The notes under the pieces: model-generated
Seen by the model: only the letters and a program-made list of their open reading frames with translations
The model's database searches: none
Told to the model about the DNA's origin: nothing
Program-made: the position numbers and the translations under genes
DNA from: Actinomycetota bacterium
GTDB lineage: Bacteria > Actinomycetota > CADDZG01 > WHSQ01
Length of the DNA stretch: 64,000 bases
Direction of reading: 5' to 3'
Assembly (NCBI GenBank): GCA_030447315.1
Contig: JAUJPD010000005.1
Span: 95,140 to 159,139, forward strand
Shown here: positions 11,559 to 22,273 of the stretch, piece after piece
Layout: the number at the start of each line of letters is the position of its first letter
How positions within the stretch are numbered: position 1 is the stretch's first letter

Positions 11559-12638
11559 GTGACGCTCACTGCCCCGGCGTGCTCGACATGCATGAGGCCG
11601 AGGATGGCTGGCTTGCGCGCATCCGCCTGCCGGGCGGAATGGTCTCGGCTGAGCAGCTCGCCGCGATCGCAGAGCTCGCCGGGAGGAAGTGGCATCGTTG
11701 AGCTCACCGCCAGGGCGAACCTGCAGGTGCGCGGGCTTCCGCCGGAGAGTGGTGCCGCACGCTTTGAGGCGCTCGAGGCGGTCGGACTGCTTCCTTCGAT
11801 GACACATGAGCGCATCCGCAATGTGCTCGCAAGTCCCCTGGCTGGACGCCATCCTCGCTCGCTCTGCACGACCGATCAGCTCGTGCACGAGCTCGATCGC
11901 GGGCTCTGCGCGGACTCTCAGCTCGCGCACCTCCCACAGCGCTTCCTCTTCGCCCTTGACGACGGCGGGGGCGCGCTCGCGCCGACCGCCGACGTTGCAC
12001 TTGCGGCGGCGGCGAAGACGGGTTCCGCCTGCTCCTGGGAGGCCTTCCTACGGATGCCGTTGTGCCCGGACGGCAGGCTGCAGAGCTTGCACTCTTGGCG
12101 GCGCGGGCTTTCCTTGCTGTCAATCACGCTGGCGGTTGGCGCGCCGCGGAGCTGCCTGATGGAGCGCGGTCGATTGCAGCGCGGCTCGGAGCCAGACTCG
12201 CCCTCACCGATGAGATGCCGGCGTCAACCGCTGTTCCGCCAGGAAGATGCGAGCAGCGCGACGGGCGCTTTGCGCTGACGGCTCTTCCGCCACTCAGGTC
12301 GTCTCGACCCCGAGGTTGTCAGCGTGATCGCGGCGCTCGCTCGAGCGTGCGCCGGCTCTATCCGCATCGCCGCGGACGAAGAGCCTCAGCTTCGTGGACC
12401 TCGAGCCCGCGGCCGTGGACCCCTGGCCAGGGCGCTGCAGGATCTCGGGCTCGTCACCGAGCCGGGTTCCGGCTGGGAAGGGCTGAGTGCCTGCGCCGGT
12501 CTCCGTGCCTGCGCCAAGGCTCGAATCGACGTGCAGGCGGCGGCTAACGTTCGCGCAGCTGTGCGCGGGGCCGGCGCTCATCGGGAGCACTGGTCCGCTT
12601 GTGAGCGCCGCTGTGGCGAGCCACGCGGTGTCGCTTGA
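11559..12638 (+). pseudogene. cobG: precorrin-3B synthase CobG (O2-dependent), at least five frame changes as sequenced
   Basis: Blocks in alternating frames: CPGVLDMHEAEDGWLARIRLPGGMVSAEQLAAIAELAG; GSGIVELTARANLQVRGLP..RNVLASPLAG..LPQRFLFALDDGGG; AAELALLAARAFL..WRAAEL; LSFVDLEPAAVD; LGLVTEPGSGWEGLSACAGLRACAKARIDV..HWSACERRCGEP. Confidence 0.75.
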
Positions 12639-12731
12639 GCGTGGCCGCCTCTGGCGATGCGGTGGTCGTCGGCCAGCAGATCGTGCTTGACGCGAAGCAC
12701 GCACTCGGCTTGTTCGCGACGGACGGGGAGC

Positions 12732-13358
12732 ATGAGCGCGTACCTTCGCGACGGGGCCGAGATCTATCGGCGCTCGTTCGCGACGATCCGTGCGGAAGCT
12801 GATCTCGATGGCTTCGATCCGTTGCTCGCTCGAGCGGCGGTTCGCATGATCCATGCCTGCGGCATGGTCGACCTGACCCGCGACATCGCGACTTCGCAAG
12901 GCTTTGCAGCCACGGCGGCGGCTGCGCTTGAGGCGGGCGCTCCGGTCCTCTGCGATACGGACATGGTCGCCGCTGGCGTCACGCGCTCGCGCCTCCCTGC
13001 AACGAACCAAGTGATCTGCACACTGTCCGACCCTCGCGTGTCAGCGCTCGCGCGCGAACTGGGCACGACGCGCTCGGCCGCTGCGCTTGAGCTCTGGCGC
13101 GAACAGCTCGATGGCGCCCTCGTCGTGATCGGGAATGCGCCGACGGCCCTCTTCCGTCTACTTGAGCTGATCGAGGAAGGCGCGGATCGACCGGCGGCTG
13201 TCATCGGCGTGCCTGTCGGATTCGTTGGTGCCCTCGAGTCCAAGCTAGCGCTGGCCGACCACCCCGCTGGCTTGGAGTACCTCGTCGTCCACGGCCGCCG
13301 CGGCGGGAGCCCGATCGCCGCGGCGGCCGTCAATGCACTTGCGTGCCCAGCAGAGTGA
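12732..13358 (+). CDS. cobH: precorrin-8X methylmutase
   Basis: The internal ATG at 12732 gives [46 protein letters not shown], typical of CobH/CbiC. Confidence 0.9.
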   Translation: MSAYLRDGAEIYRRSFATIRAEADLDGFDPLLARAAVRMIHACGMVDLTRDIATSQGFAATAAAALEAGAPVLCDTDMVAAGVTRSRLPATNQVICTLSDPRVSALARELGTTRSAAALELWREQLDGALVVIGNAPTALFRLLELIEEGADRPAAVIGVPVGFVGALESKLALADHPAGLEYLVVHGRRGGSPIAAAAVNALACPAE

Positions 13359-14893
13359 ACAGGAACGGACGCCAACCCGGGAAGCTCTTCGGCGTCGGCG
13401 TAGGCCCCGGCGATCCCGAGCTGCTGACGCTCAAGGCGCGCCGCGTCGTGGAGGCGGCACACGTCGTCGCCTACCCTTGCGCCCGTCACCGCCGAAGCGT
13501 TGCGCGCAGGATCGCTGCGCCCTACCTGCGCGAGGAGCAGCTCGAGATCGCGCTGAGCTTCCCTGTCACGACCGAGCAGACAGACCACCCGGAAGGCTAC
13601 GAGGGAGCACTGCGCGACTTCTACGACGAGAGCGCAGCGGAGCTCGCGGAACATCTCGAACAGGGCCGAGACGTCGCGGTGCTCTGCGAGGGCGACCCTT
13701 TCTTCTACGGGAGCTACATGTACTTGCACGAGCGGCTCGCCCACCACTACGAGGTCGAGGTCGTCCCCGGCGTCACCTCGTTCAGTGCCGCCGCTGCCGC
13801 GGCGGGAACGCCGCTCGTGAAGCGCGACGACGTCTTTACCGTTTTGCCTGGCACGCTCGGACCGGACGCCGTGACGGAGTGGCTGCGGTCAGCGGATGCA
13901 GCAGTCGTGCTCAAGCTCGGGCGCGCCTTCTCGGGAGTCTGCAGCGCCGCAGAGCAGGCGGGTGTGGCCGAGCGGGCCATCTACGTGGAGCGGGCCAGCT
14001 CGCCGGAGCAGCGGATCTCGGCTTTGCGAGAGGTGGAAGGTGACGTTCCCTACATGTCGCTCGTGCTCGTGCCGACCCTGAACGGCGCGCAGGCCAACGG
14101 CGACTCGGCCCAAGGCTGCCTCACCGTTGTCGGACTCGGCCCCGCAGGACGGGAATGGCTGACACCCGAGGCGCAGGCTGTGCTCGCGGAGGCGGATGAG
14201 CTCGTTGGCTACGGCCCCTACCTTGCCCGCGTGCCTGAGCGAAAGGGCCAAAGACGGCAGGCAAGCGACAACCGCAACGAGACCGAGCGGGCTCGTGTCG
14301 CGCTGGACTTGGCCACCAGGGGCAAGCGCGTGGCGGTGGTCTCCTCAGGCGATCCGGGCATCTTCGCCATGGCGGCCGCGGTGCTCGAGGTAGTGGATGA
14401 GGCGGGCGGCACGTACAGCCAGACTGCCGTTCGGGTTGTGCCGGGCCTCTCCGCGATGCAGGCAGCGGCCGCACGCGTAGGCGCCCCCCTGGGGCATGAC
14501 TTCTGCGTCCTCTCGCTCTCCGATCAACTCAAGCCGTGGGAGATCATCGAGCGCCGGCTCGAGGCGGCCGGGGCGGCCGATCTCGTGCTCGCGCTCTACA
14601 ACCCTGCATCGCGCACGAGGCGGGAGCAACTGGAGCGGGCGCGCAGTGTGCTGCTTCGCCACAGAAGCGAAGGGACTCCAGTAGTCGTCGCGCGGGACGT
14701 TGGCGGCCCCGAAGAGGACGTCGTGGTCTCGACGCTCGCCGGCTTCGACGCAGAGAGCGTGGACATGCGAACGCTGCTCGTGATCGGTTCCTCGACGACG
14801 CGCGTGATCGAAGGCCCGGGAGGGACGCGGCAGGTCTACACACCGCGCCGGTACCCGGCCGGTCTACGCGCCTCGCGCCGTTACCCGGCCTGA
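13343..14893 (+). CDS. cobIJ: fused precorrin-2 C20-methyltransferase / precorrin-3B C17-methyltransferase (CobI-CobJ)
   Basis: Two tetrapyrrole-methylase domains: [18 protein letters not shown].. and [28 protein letters not shown]. An alternative GTG at 13355 overlaps the cobH stop (GTGA). Confidence 0.88.
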   Translation: MPSRVNRNGRQPGKLFGVGVGPGDPELLTLKARRVVEAAHVVAYPCARHRRSVARRIAAPYLREEQLEIALSFPVTTEQTDHPEGYEGALRDFYDESAAELAEHLEQGRDVAVLCEGDPFFYGSYMYLHERLAHHYEVEVVPGVTSFSAAAAAAGTPLVKRDDVFTVLPGTLGPDAVTEWLRSADAAVVLKLGRAFSGVCSAAEQAGVAERAIYVERASSPEQRISALREVEGDVPYMSLVLVPTLNGAQANGDSAQGCLTVVGLGPAGREWLTPEAQAVLAEADELVGYGPYLARVPERKGQRRQASDNRNETERARVALDLATRGKRVAVVSSGDPGIFAMAAAVLEVVDEAGGTYSQTAVRVVPGLSAMQAAAARVGAPLGHDFCVLSLSDQLKPWEIIERRLEAAGAADLVLALYNPASRTRREQLERARSVLLRHRSEGTPVVVARDVGGPEEDVVVSTLAGFDAESVDMRTLLVIGSSTTRVIEGPGGTRQVYTPRRYPAGLRASRRYPA

Positions 14894-14897
14894 ACCG

Positions 14898-15665
14898 ATG
14901 AGACGTGTGCTGCTCATCGGCATCGGCGCCGGCGATCCCGAGCATCTGACCGTGCAAGCGATCAAGGCGCTCAACGCGGTCGACGTCTTCTTCGTCGTCG
15001 ACAAGGGAGAGACCAAGCAGGACCTCATCCGCCTGCGGAAGGAGATCTGCGATCGCTACGTCGAGGGCCGCTCCTACCGCATGGTGGAGGTACGCGACCC
15101 GGAACGTAGCCGCTCTGCGGCCGCCTACCGCTCCGCTGTTGAGGACTGGCGACGACGCAGGGCAGACGTCTACGAGACGCTCATCCAGGAAGAGCTCGAC
15201 GAGCACGGCTGCGGCGTGCTTCTCGTCTGGGGCGACCCTTCGCTTTACGACAGCACGCTCGCGATCGTCGACGAGATCCTAGCTAGGGGAAACGTCGAGT
15301 TCGAGGTCGAGGTTGTTCCCGGGATCAGCAGCATCCAGGCGCTTGCCGCCAAGCACAGGATCACGCTCACCCAGGTCGGCCGGCCCATGCAGATCACGAC
15401 CGGCCGCCTTCTGGCGACGGGCTTCCCTGCGGAAGCCGACGACGTCGTCGTCATGCTCGACGCGGAGTGCTCGTTCAAGCAACTCGTCGGCGACGAGCGC
15501 GAGATCGACATCTACTGGGGGGCGTACGTCGGCACCGAGGACGAGCTGCTCGTCGCGGGTGAACTGAGTGCGGTCACTGACCACATCGAGCGGATTCGGT
15601 CCGCGGCAAGAGCCAGCAAGGGCTGGATCATGGACTCCTACTTGTTGCGGAGACGCACCCTTTGA
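14898..15665 (+). CDS. cobF: precorrin-6A synthase (deacetylating)
   Basis: MRRVLLIGIGAGDPEHLTVQAIKALNAVDVFFVVDKG..VWGDPSLYDS matches CobF as I recall it from Pseudomonas denitrificans. CobF is a marker of the aerobic route. Confidence 0.82.
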   Translation: MRRVLLIGIGAGDPEHLTVQAIKALNAVDVFFVVDKGETKQDLIRLRKEICDRYVEGRSYRMVEVRDPERSRSAAAYRSAVEDWRRRRADVYETLIQEELDEHGCGVLLVWGDPSLYDSTLAIVDEILARGNVEFEVEVVPGISSIQALAAKHRITLTQVGRPMQITTGRLLATGFPAEADDVVVMLDAECSFKQLVGDEREIDIYWGAYVGTEDELLVAGELSAVTDHIERIRSAARASKGWIMDSYLLRRRTL

Positions 15666-16417
15666 ACGGGCGCGTGCTGCTGCTGGGAGGCACCGTCGAG
15701 GCGCGAGAGCTCGCGGCGCTGATGCACGAAGCCGGTATGCCCTTCGTCTCGTCGCTCGCCGGACGGGTTGCGCGGCCGCGACTGCCCGTCGGCGAGGTTC
15801 GGATCGGCGGCTTCGGCGGCCCGCCTGCCCTAGCCGCGTGGCTATCGGAGCATGGGATCGCGGCGGTCGTCGACGCGACCCATCCGTTCGCCGAGCGGAT
15901 CTCCGCCTCGGCGCTGCAGGCGTGCGGGGCCGCCGAGGTGCCGCTGGTGAGACTCGAGCGGCCCGGCTGGACCGAGCGGCCAGGTGACCGGTGGCACTGG
16001 GTCGGCGACCTGGACGAGGCCGCCGAGCTCGTCCCGCAGCTGGGGCACCGGGTGCTACTCACGACCGGGCGCCAGGGCCTCGCCGCGTTCGCCGGGGTAG
16101 ACCGCTGGTTTCTCATTCGCTGTGTCGACCCGCCGAGGCCGCCGCTTCCCGCGCGCCACAAGCTCCTCCTCGACCGAGGCCCATACAGCTTGGCCGGAGA
16201 GCTCGCTCTGTTCGACGAACACCGGATCGACGTGCTCGTCACGAAGGACAGTGGCGGCTCTCACACCCAGGCAAAGCTCGACGCAGCCCGCGAGCGCGGT
16301 ATGCAGGCGATCGTGGTGCGCAGGCCGCCGCGCCTGGACAACGAGACCGTGAACACGCCCGCGGAGGCGCTCGGGTGGATCGCATCGCACCGTTCTGTGG
16401 GAGCGGGCATCGCATGA
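15662..16417 (+). CDS. cobK: precorrin-6A reductase
   Basis: VLLLGGTVEARELA..VVDATHPFAERIS..VLVTKDSGG; overlaps the cobF stop. Confidence 0.85.
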   Translation: MNGRVLLLGGTVEARELAALMHEAGMPFVSSLAGRVARPRLPVGEVRIGGFGGPPALAAWLSEHGIAAVVDATHPFAERISASALQACGAAEVPLVRLERPGWTERPGDRWHWVGDLDEAAELVPQLGHRVLLTTGRQGLAAFAGVDRWFLIRCVDPPRPPLPARHKLLLDRGPYSLAGELALFDEHRIDVLVTKDSGGSHTQAKLDAARERGMQAIVVRRPPRLDNETVNTPAEALGWIASHRSVGAGIA

Positions 16418-17007
16418 GGCGGCTTCTCCTGTTACGGCACGCGAGCACAGCTGCGACGCGCTCGTTCGCCTTTCCCGCCGACGAGTCGCTGGACGAGCGG
16501 GGACGGGCTGCGGCCACGGAACTTCTGGGTCTGTTGCCGGCGAACGGGGAGGTCGTTTCCAGTCCTGCTGCCCGTTGTCTCCAGACCGCGGGGGCCGCCG
16601 GGATCACTCCCGCGCTCGAGCCGGCGCTCCGCGAGTGCGACTTCGGTTCCTGGACGGGTCGGACGCTCGCAGAGCTAAACGCCGCCGAGCCAGATGCCGT
16701 TGCTGCGTGGATGAGCGAGCCAACCGCCCGCGCGCACGGCGGCGAGACGCAGGCAGAGTTTGTCGAACGCGTCGCGCACTGGCTCGATGTTCAGGCGACG
16801 CTCGAAGGCAGGATGCTCGCGATCACGCACGGGGGCGTGGTCAAGGCGGCGCTCGTTCATGCGCTGGGTGCCCCCCTCGAGGCCTTCTGGCGGATCGACG
16901 TAGCGCCGCTCGCACTCACCGAGCTCCATGCCCATGACGGGCGCTGGACGGTGACACGCGTGAACGCGAGCGCGCTCGTGCGCGAGTCGGAGGTGGTGTC
17001 CACATGA
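16414..17007 (+). CDS. cobC: histidine-phosphatase family protein, probable alpha-ribazole phosphatase
   Basis: ATGA overlap with cobK. LLLLRHAST..LDERGRAAA..ITHGGVVKAAL is a phosphoglycerate-mutase-like histidine phosphatase fold. The role is inferred from its position in the cob operon. Confidence 0.68.
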   Translation: MRRLLLLRHASTAATRSFAFPADESLDERGRAAATELLGLLPANGEVVSSPAARCLQTAGAAGITPALEPALRECDFGSWTGRTLAELNAAEPDAVAAWMSEPTARAHGGETQAEFVERVAHWLDVQATLEGRMLAITHGGVVKAALVHALGAPLEAFWRIDVAPLALTELHAHDGRWTVTRVNASALVRESEVVST

Positions 17008-18524
17008 AGGGCGCCCTGCTCGTCTGCGGAACGCACTCGGACGCCGGCAAGTCCGTCGTCACCGCTGGCATCTGCCGATGGCTGCGCCGCTCGGGTGTAA
17101 GCGTCGCGCCCTTCAAGGCTCAGAACATGGCGCTCAACTCCGTCGTCACCCTGGACGGCAGCGAGATCGGCCGCGCGCAGGCGATGCAGGCTGCGGCGTG
17201 CGGCCTGGAGCCGGAAGCCGCGATGAACCCGGTGCTGATCAAGCCGTCGGGCGAGCGTCACAGCCAGGTGGTCGTGATGGGACGCCCATATGCAGAGGCG
17301 GACGCTCGTTCCTACCAGGAGCTTAAGAACTACCTGCGTCCCATCGTCGCTGCAGCGCTCACCGATCTGCGGGACCGATTCGACGTCGTCGTCTGCGAGG
17401 GGGCCGGCAGCCCCGCGGAGACGAACTTACGTGGAGCGGACATCGTCAACATGGGCCTTGCGCGCGAGGCGGGCCTGCCTGTGCTGATCGTCGGCGACAT
17501 CGACCGCGGCGGCGTTCTGGCTTCGCTGTACGGGACGCTCGCCTTGCTCGACGCGGCCGATCAGGCGCATGTGGCCGGTTTCGTGATCAACAAATTCCGT
17601 GGGGACGCCACCATCCTTGCCCCCGCGCTGGTCCAGCTCGAGCAGCTGACCGGGCGTAGCACGCTCGGCGTGCTCCCCTGGATCGAGGACCTCTGGATGG
17701 ACGTCGAGGATTCGCTGGCGCTAGAGGCCCGACCCGAGCAACAGAGCGAAGGCGACACGCTCGATGTCGCCGTCGTCCGCCTGCGCTGGATGAGCAACTT
17801 CACCGACTTCGACGCGCTCGCGTTGGAGCCCGGGGTGCGCGTGCGCTTCAGCCGCTCGGCGGCCGACGTCGAGCGAGCCGACCTCGTCGTCGTGCCGGGG
17901 ACGAAGGCGACCGTGGACGACCTGGCCGGCCTACGTAGTGAAGGTCTCGATCGAGCGATCGCAGCGCGAGCTGCGAAGGGGGGACCGATCCTCGGCATCT
18001 GCGGCGGCTACCAGATGCTCGGGCAACGGATCGTCGACGACGTGGAGTCACGTTCGGGCGAGGTCGAGGGACTCGGTCTGCTGCCGATATCAACGGTCTT
18101 TGCCTCCGACAAGCTCCTGCGCCGGCGAGCAGGCAGCTGCGCCTGGCTCGGAACCCCCGCAACGGGTTATGAGATTCGCCACGGCCGGATCGAGCGTCAG
18201 GGGGGCGAACCCGTGCTTCTTGCCGCCGATGGCGAGCCCGACGGCTGTCGCTCGGGATCGGTCGTCGGGATCTCCTGGCACGGAGCGCTGGAGCAAGATG
18301 AGCTACGGCGAGCGCTTCTGAGCTGGGTTGCCGCAGAGCGCGGACGCCGTTTCGTTCCCGGTCTGAGCTCGTTCGTGGCTGCACGCGAAGAGCGCTTGGA
18401 CGCGCTCGGCGATCTCGTCGCTGCGCATCTCGACACCGCACGTGTTGCGGAGCTGATCGAGGTCGGGATTCCCGAAGCTCTTCCCACCCTGCGAACGGAG
18501 GTGGGCGCTTGCTTCGTTTCGTAA
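17004..18524 (+). CDS. cobQ: cobyric acid synthase
   Basis: LLVCGTHSDAGKSVVTAGICRWL..APFKAQNMALNS; C-terminal GATase domain (ILGICGGYQMLG). Confidence 0.92.
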   Translation: MKGALLVCGTHSDAGKSVVTAGICRWLRRSGVSVAPFKAQNMALNSVVTLDGSEIGRAQAMQAAACGLEPEAAMNPVLIKPSGERHSQVVVMGRPYAEADARSYQELKNYLRPIVAAALTDLRDRFDVVVCEGAGSPAETNLRGADIVNMGLAREAGLPVLIVGDIDRGGVLASLYGTLALLDAADQAHVAGFVINKFRGDATILAPALVQLEQLTGRSTLGVLPWIEDLWMDVEDSLALEARPEQQSEGDTLDVAVVRLRWMSNFTDFDALALEPGVRVRFSRSAADVERADLVVVPGTKATVDDLAGLRSEGLDRAIAARAAKGGPILGICGGYQMLGQRIVDDVESRSGEVEGLGLLPISTVFASDKLLRRRAGSCAWLGTPATGYEIRHGRIERQGGEPVLLAADGEPDGCRSGSVVGISWHGALEQDELRRALLSWVAAERGRRFVPGLSSFVAAREERLDALGDLVAAHLDTARVAELIEVGIPEALPTLRTEVGACFVS

Positions 18525-21500
18525 CGACCGCGGACACCGAGATCCTGGCGACTGCGGCTGCGGTAGCGCTGCTGCCCGCCGGTTTTCCGGAGGTGCGGTG
18601 CGCTAACCCGAACAGCGCCTCGGACCACGACGTCTTCGTCGAGGATCTGCTCGCCGGCGCGCGCGTCGTCCTCTGCCGCGTCCTCGGCGGGCGTCGCGGC
18701 TGGCCCGATGGCTTCGACCTGCTGCGCAGCCGCTGCCGCGAGCGCGACATCGTGCTGATCGGGCTGGGTGGTGAGGCCGAGCCGGACGCGGAGATGACCA
18801 AGCTCTCGTTGGCCCCGGCAGGCGCGGTTGCGCAGGCGGGCGAGTACCTGCGCCACGGAGACGTCGACAACGTCGAGCAGCTGCTGCGTTTCCTCGCCGA
18901 CACCTTCCTGCTCGAGGGCTACGGCTTCGAGGCTCCGCACGAGGTCCCCGACCTGGGCATCTACCTACCTGGTACAGGCGATGTCCCACTCGAACGCGCG
19001 CTGGAGCGCCACGACGCCGGCCGCCCGACGATCGGCATCTGCTTCTACCGCTCGCACCGGTTGACGGGCAACACGCTGTTCGTGGACGCGCTCTGCACTG
19101 CCGTCGAGCAGGCCGGCGCGAACGCCCTCGCGGTCTGGAGCTACTCCCTGCGCCGGGACTCGAACGGGGACGTGGCCCCGTTCGCGCTGCTCCGGGGCCA
19201 CGTCGACGCGCTTGTGACGACGATGCTGGCAACGGGAGGATCGAGCGCGCGCGACGCGGCAGCCAAGGCGGGCGATGGCGTCGGCGCGGACTGGCAGGAC
19301 TGGGATGCTTCCGCTCTCGCCGCCCTCGACGTACCCGTGATCCAGGCCGTCTGCGCAACCGGGCCGCGGGCCGCCTGGGCGAGCTCGGACACGGGCCTCT
19401 CGCCGCTCGACGTGGCGACACAGGTGGCGATCCCAGAGTTCGACGGTCGCGTCCTCGCGGGCGTGATCTCGTTCAAGGAGCACGATGACGGGAGCTCGCC
19501 GGTCGGAGCCCCGCTCGCGCGCTACGTCCCGGACCCCGAGCGCTGTGCGCGCGTCGCACGTTTCGCCGTCCGAAGTGCGCAGCTGCGTTACACGGCCGCT
19601 AACGAACGCCGACTCGCCGTTTTGCTGACCAGCTTTCCGACCAAGCACGCACGGGTCGGAATGGCGGTAGGGCTGGACACGCCGGCGAGCGCCCTGCGTC
19701 TGCTGGAAGCTCTTCGACAGGATGGGATGCGAGTCGACACCCCGTTCGAGCACGGCGACGAGCTGATGCAGGCGCTGATCGGAACGGGTGGGCACGACCC
19801 GGAGTTCCTCACCGACGAGCAGCTCGCTTCGGCACCGCTGCGATTCCCGGTGGCCAACTATCTGCGCCGGTACGAGAAGTTGCCTGCGGAGCTGCGGGAG
19901 GCGATCGAGGAGCGCTGGGGACCGCCGCCGGGAGATCGCTACCTCGACGGAGACGACTTCGTCGTGGCGGGCCTCGGGCTCGGGAACGTGGTGATAGCGA
20001 TCCAGCCGCCGCGTGGGTACGGCGACGACCCGGTCGGGATCTACCACGACCCAAACCTGCCGCCGACCCACCACTACCTCGCTTGCTACTGGTGGCTAGA
20101 CGAGGTCTGGGGCGCGGACGCGATCGTGCACCTCGGCAAGCACGGCACGCTCGAGTGGCTGCCTGGAAAAATGCTTGCGCTCTCGGCGAGCTGCGCTCCG
20201 GACGCTGCGCTCGGCGACATCCCGCTCTTCTACCCGTTCGTCGTCAACGACCCCGGGGAGGGCGTCCAGGCCAAGCGCCGCGCCCACGCCGTCGTAGTGG
20301 ATCACCTCGTCCCGCCGATGATGCGGGCGGAGACCTACGACGAGCTGGCCGAGCTCGAGTCACTGCTCGACGAGTACGCACGCCTCGAGGCGCTCGACCC
20401 GCCCAAGCTGCCGGCGCTCGCGGCCCGCATCTGGTCGGCGATCGAGCGGGCGAACCTGCAGGCGGATCTGGACATCCAGGAGCGCCCGGAGGACGTCGGC
20501 GCGCTCGTCGCCCACATCGACGGCTATCTCTGCGAGATCAAGGACATCCAGGTGAAGGACGGCCTGCACGTGCTCGGCCAGGCACCCGAGCGAGAGCAGC
20601 TACGCGGTCTCGTCGCCGCCATCCTGCGCCTCGGCTCGGGTGACGTGCCGGGCCTGCGCCGGGCGACCGGTGCTGCGTTCGGGCTGGACGAGCCGGCGCT
20701 CCTGGCGACGCCGGGCGCGCCTTCACCGAGCCGTCCCGAAGAGTTGCTCGATCGTTTCCGCGGTCCGGCGGCGAGTGCGGGCGATCTAATCGACCGGCTC
20801 GAGGCGGCGCAGAGCGCGCTGCTCGAGGAGCTGGAGCGACGGGACTGGCGGGCCGATGCGGCAGGTGCCACCTGCCAGCGGATCCTCGGGCGTCGCGACC
20901 CCGGCGTCGAGAGCGCGCTCCGCTTCGCCGCGGACGAGGTTGTTCCGCGGATCCGCGGCTGCGGGGCAGAGCTCACGAACGTGCTCGCGGCGCTGAACGG
21001 CCGTCATGTGCCTGCAGGCCCTTCCGGCAGCCCGACTCGCGGTCGGCTGGACGTGCTCCCGACAGGCCGCAACTTCTACTCCGTCGACCCGCGCGCCCTT
21101 CCTTCGGAGCTCGCGTGGGAGGTGGGTTGCCGGCTTGCCGAGACCTTGCTCGAGCGCCATCGGGCCCAGACGGGTGAGTTGCCGCGCATGGTAGGTCTCG
21201 TCGCCTGGGGAACGGCCGCGATGCGCACCCACGGCGACGACGTGGCCGAGATCCTCGCCCTTCTCGGCGTGCGTCCCACCTGGAACCGCGAGTCGCGGCG
21301 GGTGACAGGGATCGAGATCGTCCCGTTGGGCGAGCTCGGGCGGCCCCGGATCGACGTCACCGTGCGCATCTCGGGCTTCTTCCGCGACGCCTTCCCGCAC
21401 CTGGTTCGACTGATCGACGATGCGGTGGCGGCTGTCGCCGCGCTGGACGAGCCTGCCGAAAAGAACTTCGTCGCCGCACATGCGCGCGAGGACGCCGAGC

Positions 21501-22273
21501 GACTCGCCATAGAGCTCGACGCCGCCCCTGCCTGGAGACGCGCCACGACGCGCGTCTTCGGCTCGAAGCCAGAGTCCTACGGCGCGGGGCTGCTGCAGCT
21601 TGTCGACGCCCGCGACTGGCGTGACCAGGGCGACATCGCGGCGGTCTACGAGGCGTGGGGCGGCTACGCCTATGGGCGGGGGCTCGACGGTGCCTCGGCC
21701 AGCGAGGCGATGCGCGACTGCTACGGGCGCATCGAGGTGGCCGTCAAGAACGTCGACTCACGCGAGCACGACATCCTCGACTCCGACGACTACTACCAGT
21801 ACCACGGCGGCATGGTCGCGACGGTCAAGGCGCTGACCGGGCGCGAGCCGGCCGCCTATCTCGGCGACAGCTCGGACCCCTCACGTGTAGTTGCCCGCAC
21901 ACTGGCAGAGGAGACACGTCGGGTGTTCCGAGCACGGGTCGCGAATCCACGCTGGATCGCCTCGATGGTGCGTCATGGCTATAAGGGCGCTGCGGAGCTC
22001 TCGGCGACGGTCGACTACCTCTTCGGCTACGACGCGACGACTGGTGTCGCCGAGGACTGGATGTACGAGCAGGTCGCGTCGCGCTACCTGCTCGATCCCG
22101 ATCTCGCGGAGTTCATGTCGCGCTCGAATCCGTGGGCGGCACGGGCGATCGCCGAGCGATTGCTCGAGGCGGCAGAGCGCGGCATGTGGGCCGCACCGGC
22201 CGAATCGGCCCTGGCCCTGATCCGCGAGCGCTACCTGGAGCTCGAGGGCGAGCTCGAGGCGGCAGGCACGTGA
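18509..22273 (+). CDS. cobN: cobaltochelatase large subunit CobN
   Basis: Uninterrupted 1254-aa ORF with CobN/ChlH-like blocks (HLGKHGTLEWLPGK, NDPGEGVQAKRR, LPTGRNFYSVDP). Confidence 0.95.
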   Translation: MLRFVTTADTEILATAAAVALLPAGFPEVRCANPNSASDHDVFVEDLLAGARVVLCRVLGGRRGWPDGFDLLRSRCRERDIVLIGLGGEAEPDAEMTKLSLAPAGAVAQAGEYLRHGDVDNVEQLLRFLADTFLLEGYGFEAPHEVPDLGIYLPGTGDVPLERALERHDAGRPTIGICFYRSHRLTGNTLFVDALCTAVEQAGANALAVWSYSLRRDSNGDVAPFALLRGHVDALVTTMLATGGSSARDAAAKAGDGVGADWQDWDASALAALDVPVIQAVCATGPRAAWASSDTGLSPLDVATQVAIPEFDGRVLAGVISFKEHDDGSSPVGAPLARYVPDPERCARVARFAVRSAQLRYTAANERRLAVLLTSFPTKHARVGMAVGLDTPASALRLLEALRQDGMRVDTPFEHGDELMQALIGTGGHDPEFLTDEQLASAPLRFPVANYLRRYEKLPAELREAIEERWGPPPGDRYLDGDDFVVAGLGLGNVVIAIQPPRGYGDDPVGIYHDPNLPPTHHYLACYWWLDEVWGADAIVHLGKHGTLEWLPGKMLALSASCAPDAALGDIPLFYPFVVNDPGEGVQAKRRAHAVVVDHLVPPMMRAETYDELAELESLLDEYARLEALDPPKLPALAARIWSAIERANLQADLDIQERPEDVGALVAHIDGYLCEIKDIQVKDGLHVLGQAPEREQLRGLVAAILRLGSGDVPGLRRATGAAFGLDEPALLATPGAPSPSRPEELLDRFRGPAASAGDLIDRLEAAQSALLEELERRDWRADAAGATCQRILGRRDPGVESALRFAADEVVPRIRGCGAELTNVLAALNGRHVPAGPSGSPTRGRLDVLPTGRNFYSVDPRALPSELAWEVGCRLAETLLERHRAQTGELPRMVGLVAWGTAAMRTHGDDVAEILALLGVRPTWNRESRRVTGIEIVPLGELGRPRIDVTVRISGFFRDAFPHLVRLIDDAVAAVAALDEPAEKNFVAAHAREDAERLAIELDAAPAWRRATTRVFGSKPESYGAGLLQLVDARDWRDQGDIAAVYEAWGGYAYGRGLDGASASEAMRDCYGRIEVAVKNVDSREHDILDSDDYYQYHGGMVATVKALTGREPAAYLGDSSDPSRVVARTLAEETRRVFRARVANPRWIASMVRHGYKGAAELSATVDYLFGYDATTGVAEDWMYEQVASRYLLDPDLAEFMSRSNPWAARAIAERLLEAAERGMWAAPAESALALIRERYLELEGELEAAGT

